The notes under the pieces: generated by a model | The model's input: the letters and a program-made list of their open reading frames with translations, nothing else | Told to the model about the DNA's origin: nothing | The model's database searches: none | Assembly: GCF_001194135.2 (NCBI RefSeq) | Contig: NC_068992.1 | Span: forward strand, 6,575,517 to 6,639,516 | Length of the DNA: 64,000 nucleotides | DNA from: Octopus bimaculoides | Lineage: Eukaryota | Direction of reading: 5' to 3' | Shown here: piece by piece, positions 26,859-39,060 of the stretch | Numbering within the stretch: position 1 is the first letter of the stretch | Layout of the letters: every line of letters starts with the position of its first letter | Translations under genes and position numbers: made by a program

Positions 26859-27444
26859 TCTATAAGTCATAGGTCATGAATCCAGTGCTGTGGTGGGATC
26901 TGTTCTGCATTATAGATAGTTAAAGTTAGGATTTACAGTTTTCAGGAATTGTTATTTTGTATAATAAAAGAAATACAGTTCTCTATTTTCTGCATTGACA
27001 ACAACAATATTAACAAAACCATTTGATAGCAATAAAATGAAAACATCAAAATTAAATATTCATATGCAAATCAAATTTATTCTGTTTACACCAGATTTTC
27101 CCCTGAAGCAAGATTACCGATTTGAGAGGCATTACAAAATCCATCATTAGTTTTCGTACAACAAAGTTTTACTAAACTTTCATAATCATTTGTCTTCCCA
27201 TACAGAAAAGAATGAAGTTTCGCCTCGCTCGTATTCATATCTTTCTCAACGTTTTAACAGTGTAATGAAAATAAATTAATTTCAATCATGTTCGAGAACT
27301 GCAACATACTTGGAAACTCAGTTTGCCAGTAGCTAAATTCTCTTCTCCTCATTAAGCTTGATAATATTAATTTATTTCTTATAAAGGTTCTGCATTGTTT
27401 TTAACGGTGTAAAATTAACAAGATGATGTGTATCATAATGTTAA

Positions 27445-27620
27445 GTTTGGCAATGTGGTTCAAAAGTTTGCTTCACAATCACTTGGCTCCAGGTTCGTTT
27501 CCTCTGAGCAGCAATTTAATCTAGGCGAGTGTCCTCTATCATAGCTGCGGGTTAAATTACTTTCTGAAAATGGAAGTTCGTCAGAAAGAAATTACATAAG
27601 CCGCTAAAATACATATGCAT
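27445..27620 (+). mobile_element. tRNA-derived SINE family C, diverged 5' part
   Basis: TGTGGTTCAAAAGTTTGCTTCACAATCAC...CCAGGTTCGTTTCC...GGCGAGTGTCCTCTATCATAGC...GGAAGTTCGTCAGAAAG, similar to 51505-51880. Confidence 0.5.
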
Positions 27621-27657
27621 AGGTGTGCGTATGTGTATGTGTGTGTGTGTCTGTGCA

Positions 27658-27694
<37 letters not shown>

Positions 27695-28591
27695 ACCGTC
27701 AAAGAATTCAAATGTTAGTAAGAATACAGCCAAAAGACTGTTGCATTACAAACGAAGACCACTGCGGTATTTGTTCTACACCTAGTTGCAGTCATTCCCT
27801 TGTCATTATCACCCACAGAAATTCTGCAAACCAATGATTAATTAGTCTGCTGGAAACCTATAATTAACGTCACTATTTTTAACTATAAACGACAAAAAAT
27901 TAAAATAAATATATAAATAAAATATGGATCCTGGTACCATTGGCATTAAGATGTCGTGAGTAAAGTGAAATGACGAGGAATCTTATTAGTCTAGGCGATA
28001 TTTTTACGGGGGAAGAAATAGAATGTTTTGGTATTATTCACTTTCCATTTTTATCCTCAGGGGAATAAAATGAAGTGAATTTCTTTCTCAACTTGGAATT
28101 AAAGCCCTGAGCCTGAGTGGCTTATATTTCACACCTTGCTTGTTCAACGCTCACAAACTAAACTTGATAATATTAAAGTTGTGATTCAGTTGCAAAAGTA
28201 ATAACATATTTAAGTCTCGGGGCATTAAATCTAATTCCAGTTGCTAAACTTGTCAGGAAATTCTTAATATAATCACGCCGCCTCAGAAATTGCGTCAGGG
28301 TAAAAGTGAATCAAGTTACCCAGTGTGACATAACTATTTTTTTTCTACTGAAAAATGTTTTGGCCATAGTGGAAGAAATTTCAAAGATATTGATACTATA
28401 CGTTACTCACAAAAGGATGTTTTGCACACATTGATACATACAGTACAAATATATCTTTCAAACTACCTATAAAATCTTTGCAAGCAAAGTACCGAGTATT
28501 CGATAAAATCATCCATTTGATTGTAATATCCAAACTACACTAAGTTTAGACTTATAATATTCTAGAATATATCAAATAATATAGACAAAAT

Positions 28592-28623
<32 letters not shown>

Positions 28624-28681
28624 ATGACCACGAATTGGAAATTAAAAAATGAAGACTGCACTCATATATACAATAGAGGGG

Positions 28682-28753
<72 letters not shown>

Positions 28754-29192
28754 ACATTTGGTAGTTTCAGACAAATTTCTACTGCATCACCTGCTACACT
28801 TCTGTGTTGCTGGGAGTGTGCAAGCTCTTCCCGGTAGGGTATTGAGTCAGTTCCTTTTTTTTTATGGGGTATGATGCAGTCTTTTGTTGTGTTAGTATTG
28901 TGTGTTGTGTGTGTAATACGTTGGATACCTAGCCTGCTATATAGAGTGTGTCTTGTGTTTATTCCCTGTTTTGTTTGTATTATTGAAATGATTGTGTCTT
29001 GCGTAGTATGTGGACCGTTACTAGCAGGGCTATTTTTTCGATAGTGTGTGTAGTGTTGAAAATCAAAGCTTCTGCGTTTTTGCTCGAATGTCTTTTTATC
29101 ATGCCCAATGCTCCAATTACTACTGGTGTTGTTTTCACCTTCATGCCCAACATCTTGAATACTTCAATTTCGAAGTCTTTGTACATTGGAAA
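28682..29192 (-). mobile_element. 5'-truncated non-LTR retrotransposon of the restriction-like-endonuclease type (R2/R4/NeSL-like): C-terminal coding end, 3' UTR and tandem tail
   Basis: ORF 28980-29186 gives YKDFEIEVFKMLGMKVKTTPVVIGALGMIK...IEKIALLVTVHILRK, matching the K..KY.DL.IE...P.VIGALG...QK.ALL.T..ILR motif at the C-terminus of RLE elements. It is followed by about 230 bp of 3' UTR and a (TAA)n(TGATAA)n tail at 28682-28751. Confidence 0.85.
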
Positions 29193-31434
29193 TATAATCA
29201 GTTGCCCGGTGTAACCACCTCTTATTCAGAAGTTTCTCATCACTGCCGCAAGCATTCAGACTTGGTCTCCATCACGGGAATAACTGGATATTTTGTTTTC
29301 TGTTGCTTTCTCCTGCAGTAAATGAGTCATTATCAATACCACGCACTTAGCGAATGTATATTGTTTAAATGTCAGATGTTGCGATTTTGGCCCCTTCAGA
29401 GGTAAGCGAAACGAAATCGCCCCAGAAGTGATCACGAAAGCCACAGATATCGTATTTCGCTTTAGTTGAGGCTTTGCAATTTCGCGTATACATGTCACTT
29501 CCGAAACAAAATCGGAATTGCTAGTCAAAACTAGTATAAACTATCTAGCAGTTTGCAGTAGGGTCGCATATACATGCAATAGGAACAGCTTTAAAATGAA
29601 ATTATAAATACCACACACTTAACGAATGTGTTTTGTTTTAACGCCAGAAGCGGCGTATTTTCGTTCGGGAAAAATCCAATTAGAGGCGTATAATATTAAA
29701 AAACACAATATACTTCAGAATTAGGCGAAATGAAGTCGTCCCAGAAGTGATCAGGAGAGCGGCAGATGCCATATTTTGCTGCAGTTGCAGTTTATCGTCG
29801 TTCTTCCGTGCTCCAACACTCTTGGAGACTCTAAGCATTATGGAGGCGACATGATGCTTACCTTCCACCCAAAGGATTTTGCATACATCGTATTAGCTTT
29901 GGCGGGGAAAAATCAAGTCGGCTACTGTTTGAATGCATCTCATATCCACTGATCATATACTAAGTAATATGACGAATCGGTTAAATACTGGTTTAAAATG
30001 GTTGTGATCTTTCTGAAGTATTCCTTTTGATACATGACGACGTTTTCTTAGGTAAGTGATTTTCTAAGTTTATTTTCTGAGTAATAATGAGATCTACTTA
30101 GTAACGAGAGTAGCGATTAAAGAACACATTTTATTCGTCGCTTGCGTGAGTGTAGTAATCCATTAACTTTGTTAAGTGAAAGTAAGAAGCATTTAAAAGG
30201 AGGATATTACAGTTTCCAATTTAAAATAACTGCACACTTACATTAAGCTGAATATATCTGTTTAGTTGCTCTGTTGCATCTCATCGTGCATCATCTCTAT
30301 AATGCAGTCAAAAGCAAGCATAATCACATATTCGTAGACATCCTGTTCTTTTCACTTTATCTGTATGCGTGTCTCTCCCTTTCCCTCACTCTCTTTCTTA
30401 CTTTCTCCCACTCCTCACACTCATTGTTGTGTTCTATTCACATAGTAATAGGCAGGTTGCAAGGAAACTTTAAACAAGGGTTAGTATAATTTTTCTTGTG
30501 GTCTTGTATATAATAAGACGCTTTTCTCTATCAATAACGCTTCGTACCTCGTGTTAAATTCAATGATATCGGAATGTCTTCTTCTCTTTGTTTATGAACG
30601 GTTGTATCAAGAGATACTTCGTCGTCTTGGCAAGCATACAAAAGAAATAATGAGAAACATTAAACTCTACAAATGAGCACGCCAATATAAACAAACACAC
30701 ACACACAGACACACACACACACACTTATGTGTGTGTGTGCGAGTGTTTGTCTATCTGTCTGTCTGATATACTACAGCAACGAATACACCGATATTCATAA
30801 ATATACACGTCTAAATTTTCACATCGAAACAAGTGTACACGCATATACTACAAGCATAGTGAAGTGATTTGTTTATATTTACATAGAATTCCTCAACTAA
30901 TAATCCATTCTCTTGACAAATAAGTAAAAGGAATAGACGCATTTGTATTAATCAATTCAAATGAATGCACTAAAGAAGCGAGACATGAAAATATATATTA
31001 ATCAACGTAAAAGGATACCCACACATTGTTGCAAAGAAATTAATAAACTATCTATAATAATCAAGTAGGTAACAGACAGTAGAAGCGCACCGCAGATAAT
31101 GCAAACTATTAAGGGGGAATTATATTTTTCTCCATTGTTATCTTCGCAATAAATAAGAGCAGTTTCGAATAAAATCATTACCCTATGAACTGGAACGGTG
31201 AAAACTAATAATGGTAATATAACTAATAGATAAGTCAGCTATTAAATAAAGATATTAGACCCTACATTTTTACACACGAGCAAACACATTCAGAGGCACG
31301 TACACAAGCACAGACACGCACTTACACACACACACACATACACACACTCACACAAACACACACACAAACACATACACACACATATATACAGTGTACATAT
31401 AATTAAATATTTACTCATACACATGCACATATGC

Positions 31435-31479
<45 letters not shown>

Positions 31480-32375
31480 GATACATATCATAAATTATTT
31501 AAGAATATATGAGTCTTACAAGGCTAGTATTGTGCATTCTTGGAGCATCCATCAGAGAAAGGGTCACGCCGTGAAGAGTTCTCCAAGAATGCAACTGTAC
31601 CAGCCTTGGAAGGATAACTTAATTCGTAATACACTCTACATTGTGTGTTGAGTAACATAAGAGAAACACTCATATTGGCTTTTTGGTGCAAAATGTAGCT
31701 ATTTATATCGCTACCTCCAGCGCCGAGACCACCAGATCACGTGATTTCGATTTTGTTTGGTCTTGTCAATGATGATTCATCTTCTCACCAACGATTAACT
31801 GGGGCCAGAACAGGCGCGGGTGTTACGATTAGCCAGTTAGCTTGTTAAAATATATATATTAGCGACAGAAGCAGTTCTAATACCGAAAGATAATATGTAT
31901 GCCCACTTAAACGTGGATGTGCTGTTGGAACAAACTTTACTGTGGTAGTTAGTTTGAGAGTAAGTCTCATATTGGTTTTTGATACAAAATGCACTCTTGT
32001 TTATATTGCTAGCGGGGAGATAGATCTCCGCTATCTCCCCTGCCGAGACCGCCGTATCCTGTGATTTCGTTCTTGTTTGGTCTTGTTCCTAATGGGTTGC
32101 ACACAGTGAACCAGAGAAAAAGTACTCATTACACGGTATGCATTGTACTTTTACTCGTCTAATGATTTGTACCATTAGTGTAAATTTATCCAATATTTTA
32201 TTATTTATACAGCGTTCTAGGTCAATAATGTAAAACATTGAAACATTGCTAAAACCAAGATGGCATTGGGACCTCGTTGTTCCATGGTTTATAACACAGC
32301 TGTAAAACAATATAATTTTCTTGAAATGACAACAGCAAAAAATAGATAAAACACACACATATATATATTTACAGT

Positions 32376-32454
<79 letters not shown>

Positions 32455-33105
32455 TGTTCGGTGTACTAAGTTAAACAGTAGAAGACAATGATTAATTTTC
32501 ACTGGTAAGCTCCTTTGTTATTCTGAATCCAAATCACGCTGCATAGTATTTATCGTTCATAACTAAGTCTAGGTTTGGTTCGATATTGTTAGAAGCAGTT
32601 AAACAGTATCTGCCATTTATTGAGTTATAAATCTTTACAGAATGTGTAATCTTATCAATAAGATATACATAATATTCATAATATATGTACATAATTCAAG
32701 AACATAAGCAAACATGATTTTGTAAGACAGATACGTAAAATTACACATCAGCTTAATGTTTTATATGTGTGTGTTTGATGGATGTTTGTGTATCTATGGG
32801 CCTGTTTGTGTGGTTGCATGTGTATACTCAGATATATATCTATGAGTTAATTCGTACTTTTTTGAAAATGTGTGTGTGTGTGTGTGTGTTTGAGTGTGTG
32901 ATATGTGTGTACATTTATGTAAATATTTACAAAATATATTTACACACATACATACATTTATGCTAATACGTACAAATATGTATATATGTATACACATGTG
33001 TATACATGTATATATATAATATATACGTATATATGTATGTGTGTGTGTATACGAATATGTTTACACGCATATATATGTGTATGTATATATACATATATAT
33101 ATGTG

Positions 33106-33140
<35 letters not shown>

Positions 33141-33844
33141 AGATATACATGCATATATGCGTATGTGTGTACGTATATATATATATATACATATATNNNN
33201 NNNNNNNNNNNNNNNNNNNNNNNNNNNNNNNNNNNNNNNNNNNNNNNNNNNNNNNNNNNNNNNNTATATATATATATATATATATATATGGTTACATACA
33301 CCAGTATTGTTACAGACACGTATACGCACTACGTGTCGGTTTCTCTTTCACATACTCACTCACACATGTGCACGCACACGCACGCGCGCGTAAATTTAAT
33401 TGCAGTCATGTCGATATTGCTTTCGTAGGTTTACATATTCAGAGGTGTATCAGCGTGTACTGAATATATATTGATATGTTAGTCTAACATTTTATTGGTT
33501 GCTTGGCGACCGTAAATAATAACTAATCTTTAAAATGAGGAAACTTTCTCACATAAATATAAAATCATAAAATTTTAAAACAGAAAATTCTTTTAAATTT
33601 CCGAACACACACTCGGACGCACACACATACTATATATTACTGTTTTTAAATAGCCGTTTACTAGACAGCATATGGTTTAAGTGGTAAGTTGCTAGAAATA
33701 ACAACTGTATAACCTTCAAATCTCACCCTGTGATCTTCAAATGGCTTCTTTCGCGTACTTTGATTATTCAATTTTTGTCGAACGTCTAAATTCACCACAA
33801 ATTTCTAAGATCGATCCCATATTTTCTACGAAACTATTATTTCA

Positions 33845-34590
33845 TTTATAGGTGTAAGCATGACCCTTAGGTTAAGAAGCTAGCTTTGCAACTACATGGG
33901 TTTCCGGTTATCCCTGCTACGCTGCGGCACCTTAGGTAAATGCCTTCTACTACAGCTCCAGGCCAGCCAATGCTTTGTGAGTGAATTCGGTTGACACAAG
34001 TAAATACAATAATTCCTCGCCATCGCGGTTCACCTATCGCGGTTCATCTACCGAGGTTAATTATTTAAGCTTACGCCGATTCTTCCGTGGTGTTGATTTG
34101 CATTTGTAATAAAATAAATATATACAAATTGTAAAAGTAATAGAAAAAAATATACAGTACAGTACTGTTTCTACTTCGCGGATTTTCACCTATCACGCGT
34201 TTTTGGAACGTAACATTCACGTGGTTGTATGTGTGTGTCTGTGTACAAAAGTGTTTCTCAACCCACTATTTACATGCTATTATTTGTGTGCATGTGCGTA
34301 TGTGTGTCTGTGCGTGTATCTGTGTGTGTGTGTGTGTGCGTGTGTGTGTGTGTGTGTGCGTGTGTGTGTGTGTGTATTCATGTGTATACGTGCCTATATG
34401 TTTTACATCCATTGCTTGACAACCGGTGTTGGTTTGATACGTTCCCGTAATGTAGTGGTACACGAAACGAATACAATTGAATATTTACCAGTCTGAAAAA
34501 AAAGGCATAGTCGATATAATTGACTAAATCCATCAAGGCAGTTTCCCTTCAAAGCCGCAGAACGATGGCTAAGGCAAGCAACAGAAAACT
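33845..34590 (+). mobile_element. SINE family C, interrupted by a MITE and a (TG)n tract
   Basis: 5' part GGTTAAGAAGCTAGCTTTGCAAC...GGCACCTTAGGTAAATGCCTTCTACTACAGC...TTGTGAGTGAATTCGG. 3' part GCTTGACAACCGGTGTTGG...GTCGAT...GACTAAA...GGC...GCCGCAG at 34400-34590. Confidence 0.7.
34007..34214. mobile_element. pogo/Tigger-like (Tc1/mariner superfamily) non-autonomous MITE, right end degraded
   Basis: TA followed by CAATAATTCCTCGCC (CAGTAATCCCTCG-type terminus); subterminal ATCGCGGTTCACCT repeats; TTCGCGGATTTTCACCTATC...TTTTGGAACGTAAC near the other end. Terminal TIR match is missing on the right. Confidence 0.6.
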
Positions 34591-35063
34591 GGAAAGTACG
34601 CGAAGTGATTCCGCCATCGGTTTTATGAATTTCAGGGTAGAAAAAATGGTATCGATTTAAACAGTTTCTAACCATCTTGGAGCATCATCGTAGAGAGAAA
34701 ACCCAAAGGCGCAAACTTGCAGTGGGGGAGAAATCAAGATTTAATATAGACACGAAATAATATAAAATATATTTCAATTGATTTGCCTTTGATCTTTTTA
34801 TATCTGCGCTACCTTGGAAAATATAAAAGATATTGATGGGAGGTCGACATCAGAAAGTAGAATCTTTAAATGATCGACCTTGATTCAGTAGTATGTTTGT
34901 AAGTATTTCATTTTGGGATACCATTCCTAGCAATAAAGTGGAAGAGATGAATGCTATTAAAATAAATTGCATTGTTTATTCAATAATGCTCCAGCATCTC
35001 AGTGGGCATTTTTCTACTTTCCTTCTGATTTTATTGATTCCCTTCTCCATCTATCTGGCGTTA

Positions 35064-35143
<80 letters not shown>

Positions 35144-35435
35144 ATTGTATGTGTGTATGTATGTATATGTATGTATATATACATATAAATATATATACGC
35201 ACACACAACAATTGTATATATATATATATATATATATATGGATATTTATGTAAAGGTGTGCAGGTGCACATCAATCTAAGCATTAGAACTTCAGTTAATC
35301 TAAGTAAAATAGTCAATTACACAGAATGTACAATGAATCACAAGGTAGTTGGTGTTCTGACTTTATATCTATGTGAATGAATCAAATGAGAAGAATGGGC
35401 CAACCAAATATAACACTTAAAGAAAAATATGTGTC

Positions 35436-35522
<87 letters not shown>

Positions 35523-36909
35523 TGTGTTTATGTGTGTGTATGTGTGTGTTTATATATATTTTTTTCTTCTGCAGTTTCAGCTCAGAGCTGCGGCCATGCA
35601 GTAATTCTAATGATAGAGAATATGGAGACTGGTACATCCTCAAAATTCATTTCCTTGTATTTTACTGTAGGTCATACAGCATATTTTTAGGAGTGACAAC
35701 ACCTGATAGTCATAGACGTTAAATACCAATCGATGCAGTTAGCCGTCACCTGGAACATAACTGAGAGTTACCATGGTATCCGCCTGGATAATACATCCCT
35801 CTAAACTCACAGTATACATACATACACATAGGCTTATCGATGTGTGCGTATGCACGCGCGTGTGTTTTGCTATGATATATTTATTTAATAAATGGTTGTG
35901 AATGCTAGCGCACGATTTGAGGAATTATATTGCTAAAATATAAATTGCGTTTATAAATTTCATTACTTTTTCATTTGCAAATATTATCTATTACCGAATT
36001 CATTTGAAATTTTGTTACACGAAACCTCCACTGGTTGTTGGTTTCTTATATATGTTTTCTGTTTCACCGATGTATTACAATAGGCATATGAGGAAATATC
36101 AAAGCCAGGTGTTAACGCATTTAATGTAGAAATTGTAAGCTATTAAAACTGCTTCCATGGTGAGGATAACTAATCATCCTAATTATGGTTTCCAATCTCA
36201 GAAAAAAGAAAGAAAGAAGGAAGGTAACCATAAAATTTTGATTCATTGAAACTGTTTTATAAAAAATATGTGGATAAATGGAGCGAGTGAGTGGCTGTGA
36301 TGTTAGTAGAAGCGTGACGTGATTAATGTTTCGGTGTCATTAGACCTCGTCAGTGTATGTTGCCTACCTGAAGCAAATATGTTTGTATGCGTTTTATGTA
36401 TCTTCAGTCAAATATATATAGAGAGAGAGAAAGAGGGAGATAAAGAGACATATCCTCCTCCTTTCTCTCTCTCTCTCGCTCTCTCTCTCTCTCTTTCTGT
36501 CTATCTCTCTCACACAGTGTACATACCAATATATATGCATACATACATACTTGCATTATATATATATATATATATGTATGTATAATCATAAATATATAGG
36601 GATTGACAGTAACCTGCTTCTCCAACATACTGAGAATTCAGAAATAGCAGCCAAAGAACTACTGATTCCAAAACTACAAAATTATTACTCTAAATTGATA
36701 GCGATATTTTTGATACACACAGAACAAAAAACAGTAGAGAAGAGTAAAAAAACCACTTGCCTTTAGTTAATTTAGTACGATCGTTTCACAGTTAAGAGTA
36801 AAGAATACTCTATTATGTATGTATATATCCTCTGCTACCGCTACCAAACAAAGATGTCGGTAGTTATATGTTATTAGCCTTGAAGCCGCCTTTGGGGCGG
36901 CATTCAGGG

Positions 36910-37403
36910 CTAGTTCCTGCGGAGGGCACCTTTAAACCCTTCGGTCCCACTATCGAGCCGCTTCGCGGCCCTCTACCCTTGTGTAATGGAACTTATTTCG
37001 GCAAATGTGCTTAGCACTGATGCTGATCATAGTTTAATCAATAAGCGTAGGAGCGAGGTAAATACAGTAAAAATAGGTGCGGTCAGTGGGGCCCCATTTA
37101 GCGATCCTTCAGAAATTGAACTTCATTACGATACTCTCTTGGAGTTCATGGTATGAAATTCATTGTCATTGCTCCGATTTGATCGCCAATGCCATGTATT
37201 TAGATTAAAATGCAGTAAAAATAGAGGGGATCAGTGGGGCCCCAATTAGGCGGCCCTTAAAACAATAGATCCCCCTATGACATTCCCTGGGATTAGACGA
37301 GTTGCTAGTTTGAGTTTCGTTTTCCTTGCACCAACGGTCTAGAAAGAGTTAACTAACATAAAAACGTAACGGACAGAGAAAGATCACTTAAATTATATTA
37401 AGT
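36910..37403 (-). mobile_element. Helitron-like non-autonomous element
   Basis: Minus strand ends in GC-rich hairpins (GCCGCGAAGCGGC; AGGGT/GCCCT) followed by CTAG at 36910-36913. Internal direct repeats 148 bp apart (CAGTAAAAATAG...TCAGTGGGGCCCCA at 37065 and 37213). The other end has GGACAGA and an AT-rich palindrome ACTTAA-ATTATA-TTAAGT. A canonical 5' TC is not present. Confidence 0.5.
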
Positions 37404-37954
37404 ACGTTGCTCTCGTTTTTGAGAGCATCTGAATGTATGAATTCTAATTGGTTTTGAGTGATATTGCATTAAACCTGTTCAAAATATAATTATTTCTGAA
37501 GTTTAATAATACTTGTTAAAGAACTAATGTGGGATAAATTGGCCTGAATTGTTTCACATTTTAGTGGTCAGAGTAATTGATCAACGACAGTCATCCCTAT
37601 TGATTTATTTAGATAATGGATCAGTATTTGACCTGTAATTTTTTTTATTGCTTCCAAGTGTTAGTGATGTAATAAGCGAGGTAGTTATTTATCTATTTAT
37701 TTAGTTAGTTAGTTAGTTAGCAAGTTTGTTTATTAGTTACAAGAATATGGCAGTGCTTATGATATTTTGCAGGATCTTTGAGACTGGTGGTAAGAAACAG
37801 GAAGATTTACTGTTAAACCGAAAACCTTGTCTGAATACTTACAACAGAATGGACTCGTTAAATTCACGCAAGTGCCAGATGCTTATGTTTACCTGAGCGA
37901 CATTTTAAATCACCTCCCAAAGACAGGTACAATTTGACGAATTCCATAGAAAAA

Positions 37955-38103
37955 TTTCTCCCAAATTTCAACCACAAGACTTGACTCGATCTTACGCTAT
38001 ACTAGTAGACAGTTGTCCAAACTACCAAGACGTAGGATCAAATCGAACTTAGATTAACGAGATCGTAGCGCGAATTTCATAACCGCACTGCCATACTTGT
38101 ACC
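37955..38103 (-). mobile_element. SINE family C, diverged
   Basis: CCACAAGACTTG...GCTATACTAGTAGACAGTTGTCCAA...GGATCAAATC...TAACCGCACTGCCATAC matches the family C head in reverse orientation. Confidence 0.5.
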
Positions 38104-38519
38104 CTAACGTTAAATCAAAATATAACCAAGGGCCGTAAATAAATGCTCTAAAACATTTGATCCGGCGCTTTATCGTTTCTCTTAAGCCGCTGCACTCTTC
38201 TTGCGCTTACATTATGTGTATAACTTAAAGAACTGTTTTCTTCAATTCTGCATAATGGGTTTCTTTCTTCTCCCCAGACTTGAAAAGCAATGCATTAAAT
38301 TCGATTACCATTTCGGCTCTATAGATGTGCGTATGTTGCCTGCCTGGAGCAAATTTATTTGTTTGTGTTTTATGTATCTTACACCATCTCCTCACTTTCT
38401 CTCTCTAAATTTCTGTCTTTCCAGCTCATTCTCACAGTGTATATACACACATATATAATTGAATACATACATATATTTGTGTACACATACACGTATATGT
38501 ATATATATATATATATATA

Positions 38520-38999
38520 NNNNNNNNNNNNNNNNNNNNNNNNNNNNNNNNNNNNNNNNNNNNNNNNNNNNNNNNNNNNNNNNNNNNNNNNNNNNNNNNN
38601 NNNNNNNNNNNNNNNNNNNNNNNNNNNNNNNNNNNNNNNNNNNNNNNNNNNNNNNNNNNNNNNNNNNNNNNNNNNNNNNNNNNNNNNNNNNNNNNNNNNN
38701 NNNNNNNNNNNNNNNNNNNNNNNNNNNNNNNNNNNNNNNNNNNNNNNNNNNNNNNNNNNNNNNNNNNNNNNNNNNNNNNNNNNNNNNNNNNNNNNNNNNN
38801 NNNNNNNNNNNNNNNNNNNNNNNNNNNNNNNNNNNNNNNNNNNNNNNNNNNNNNNNNNNNNNNNNNNNNNNNNNNNNNNNNNNNNNNNNNNNNNNNNNNN
38901 NNNNNNNNNNNNNNNNNNNNNNNNNNNNNNNNNNNNNNNNNNNNNNNNNNNNNNNNNNNNNNNNNNNNNNNNNNNNNNNNNNNNNNNNNNNNNNNNNNN
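38520..38999. other. Assembly gap (480 N), the largest of many gaps flanked by simple repeats
   Basis: N run bordered by (TA)n on both sides. Confidence 0.99.
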
Positions 39000-39012
39000 A
39001 TATATATATATA

Positions 39013-39060
<48 letters not shown>

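Noticed and set aside
38279-38331. Plus-strand exon-like piece LEKQCIKFDYHFGSIDV, loosely MAM-domain-like
   Set aside because: Too short, with no neighbouring compatible exons; the similarity is within chance.
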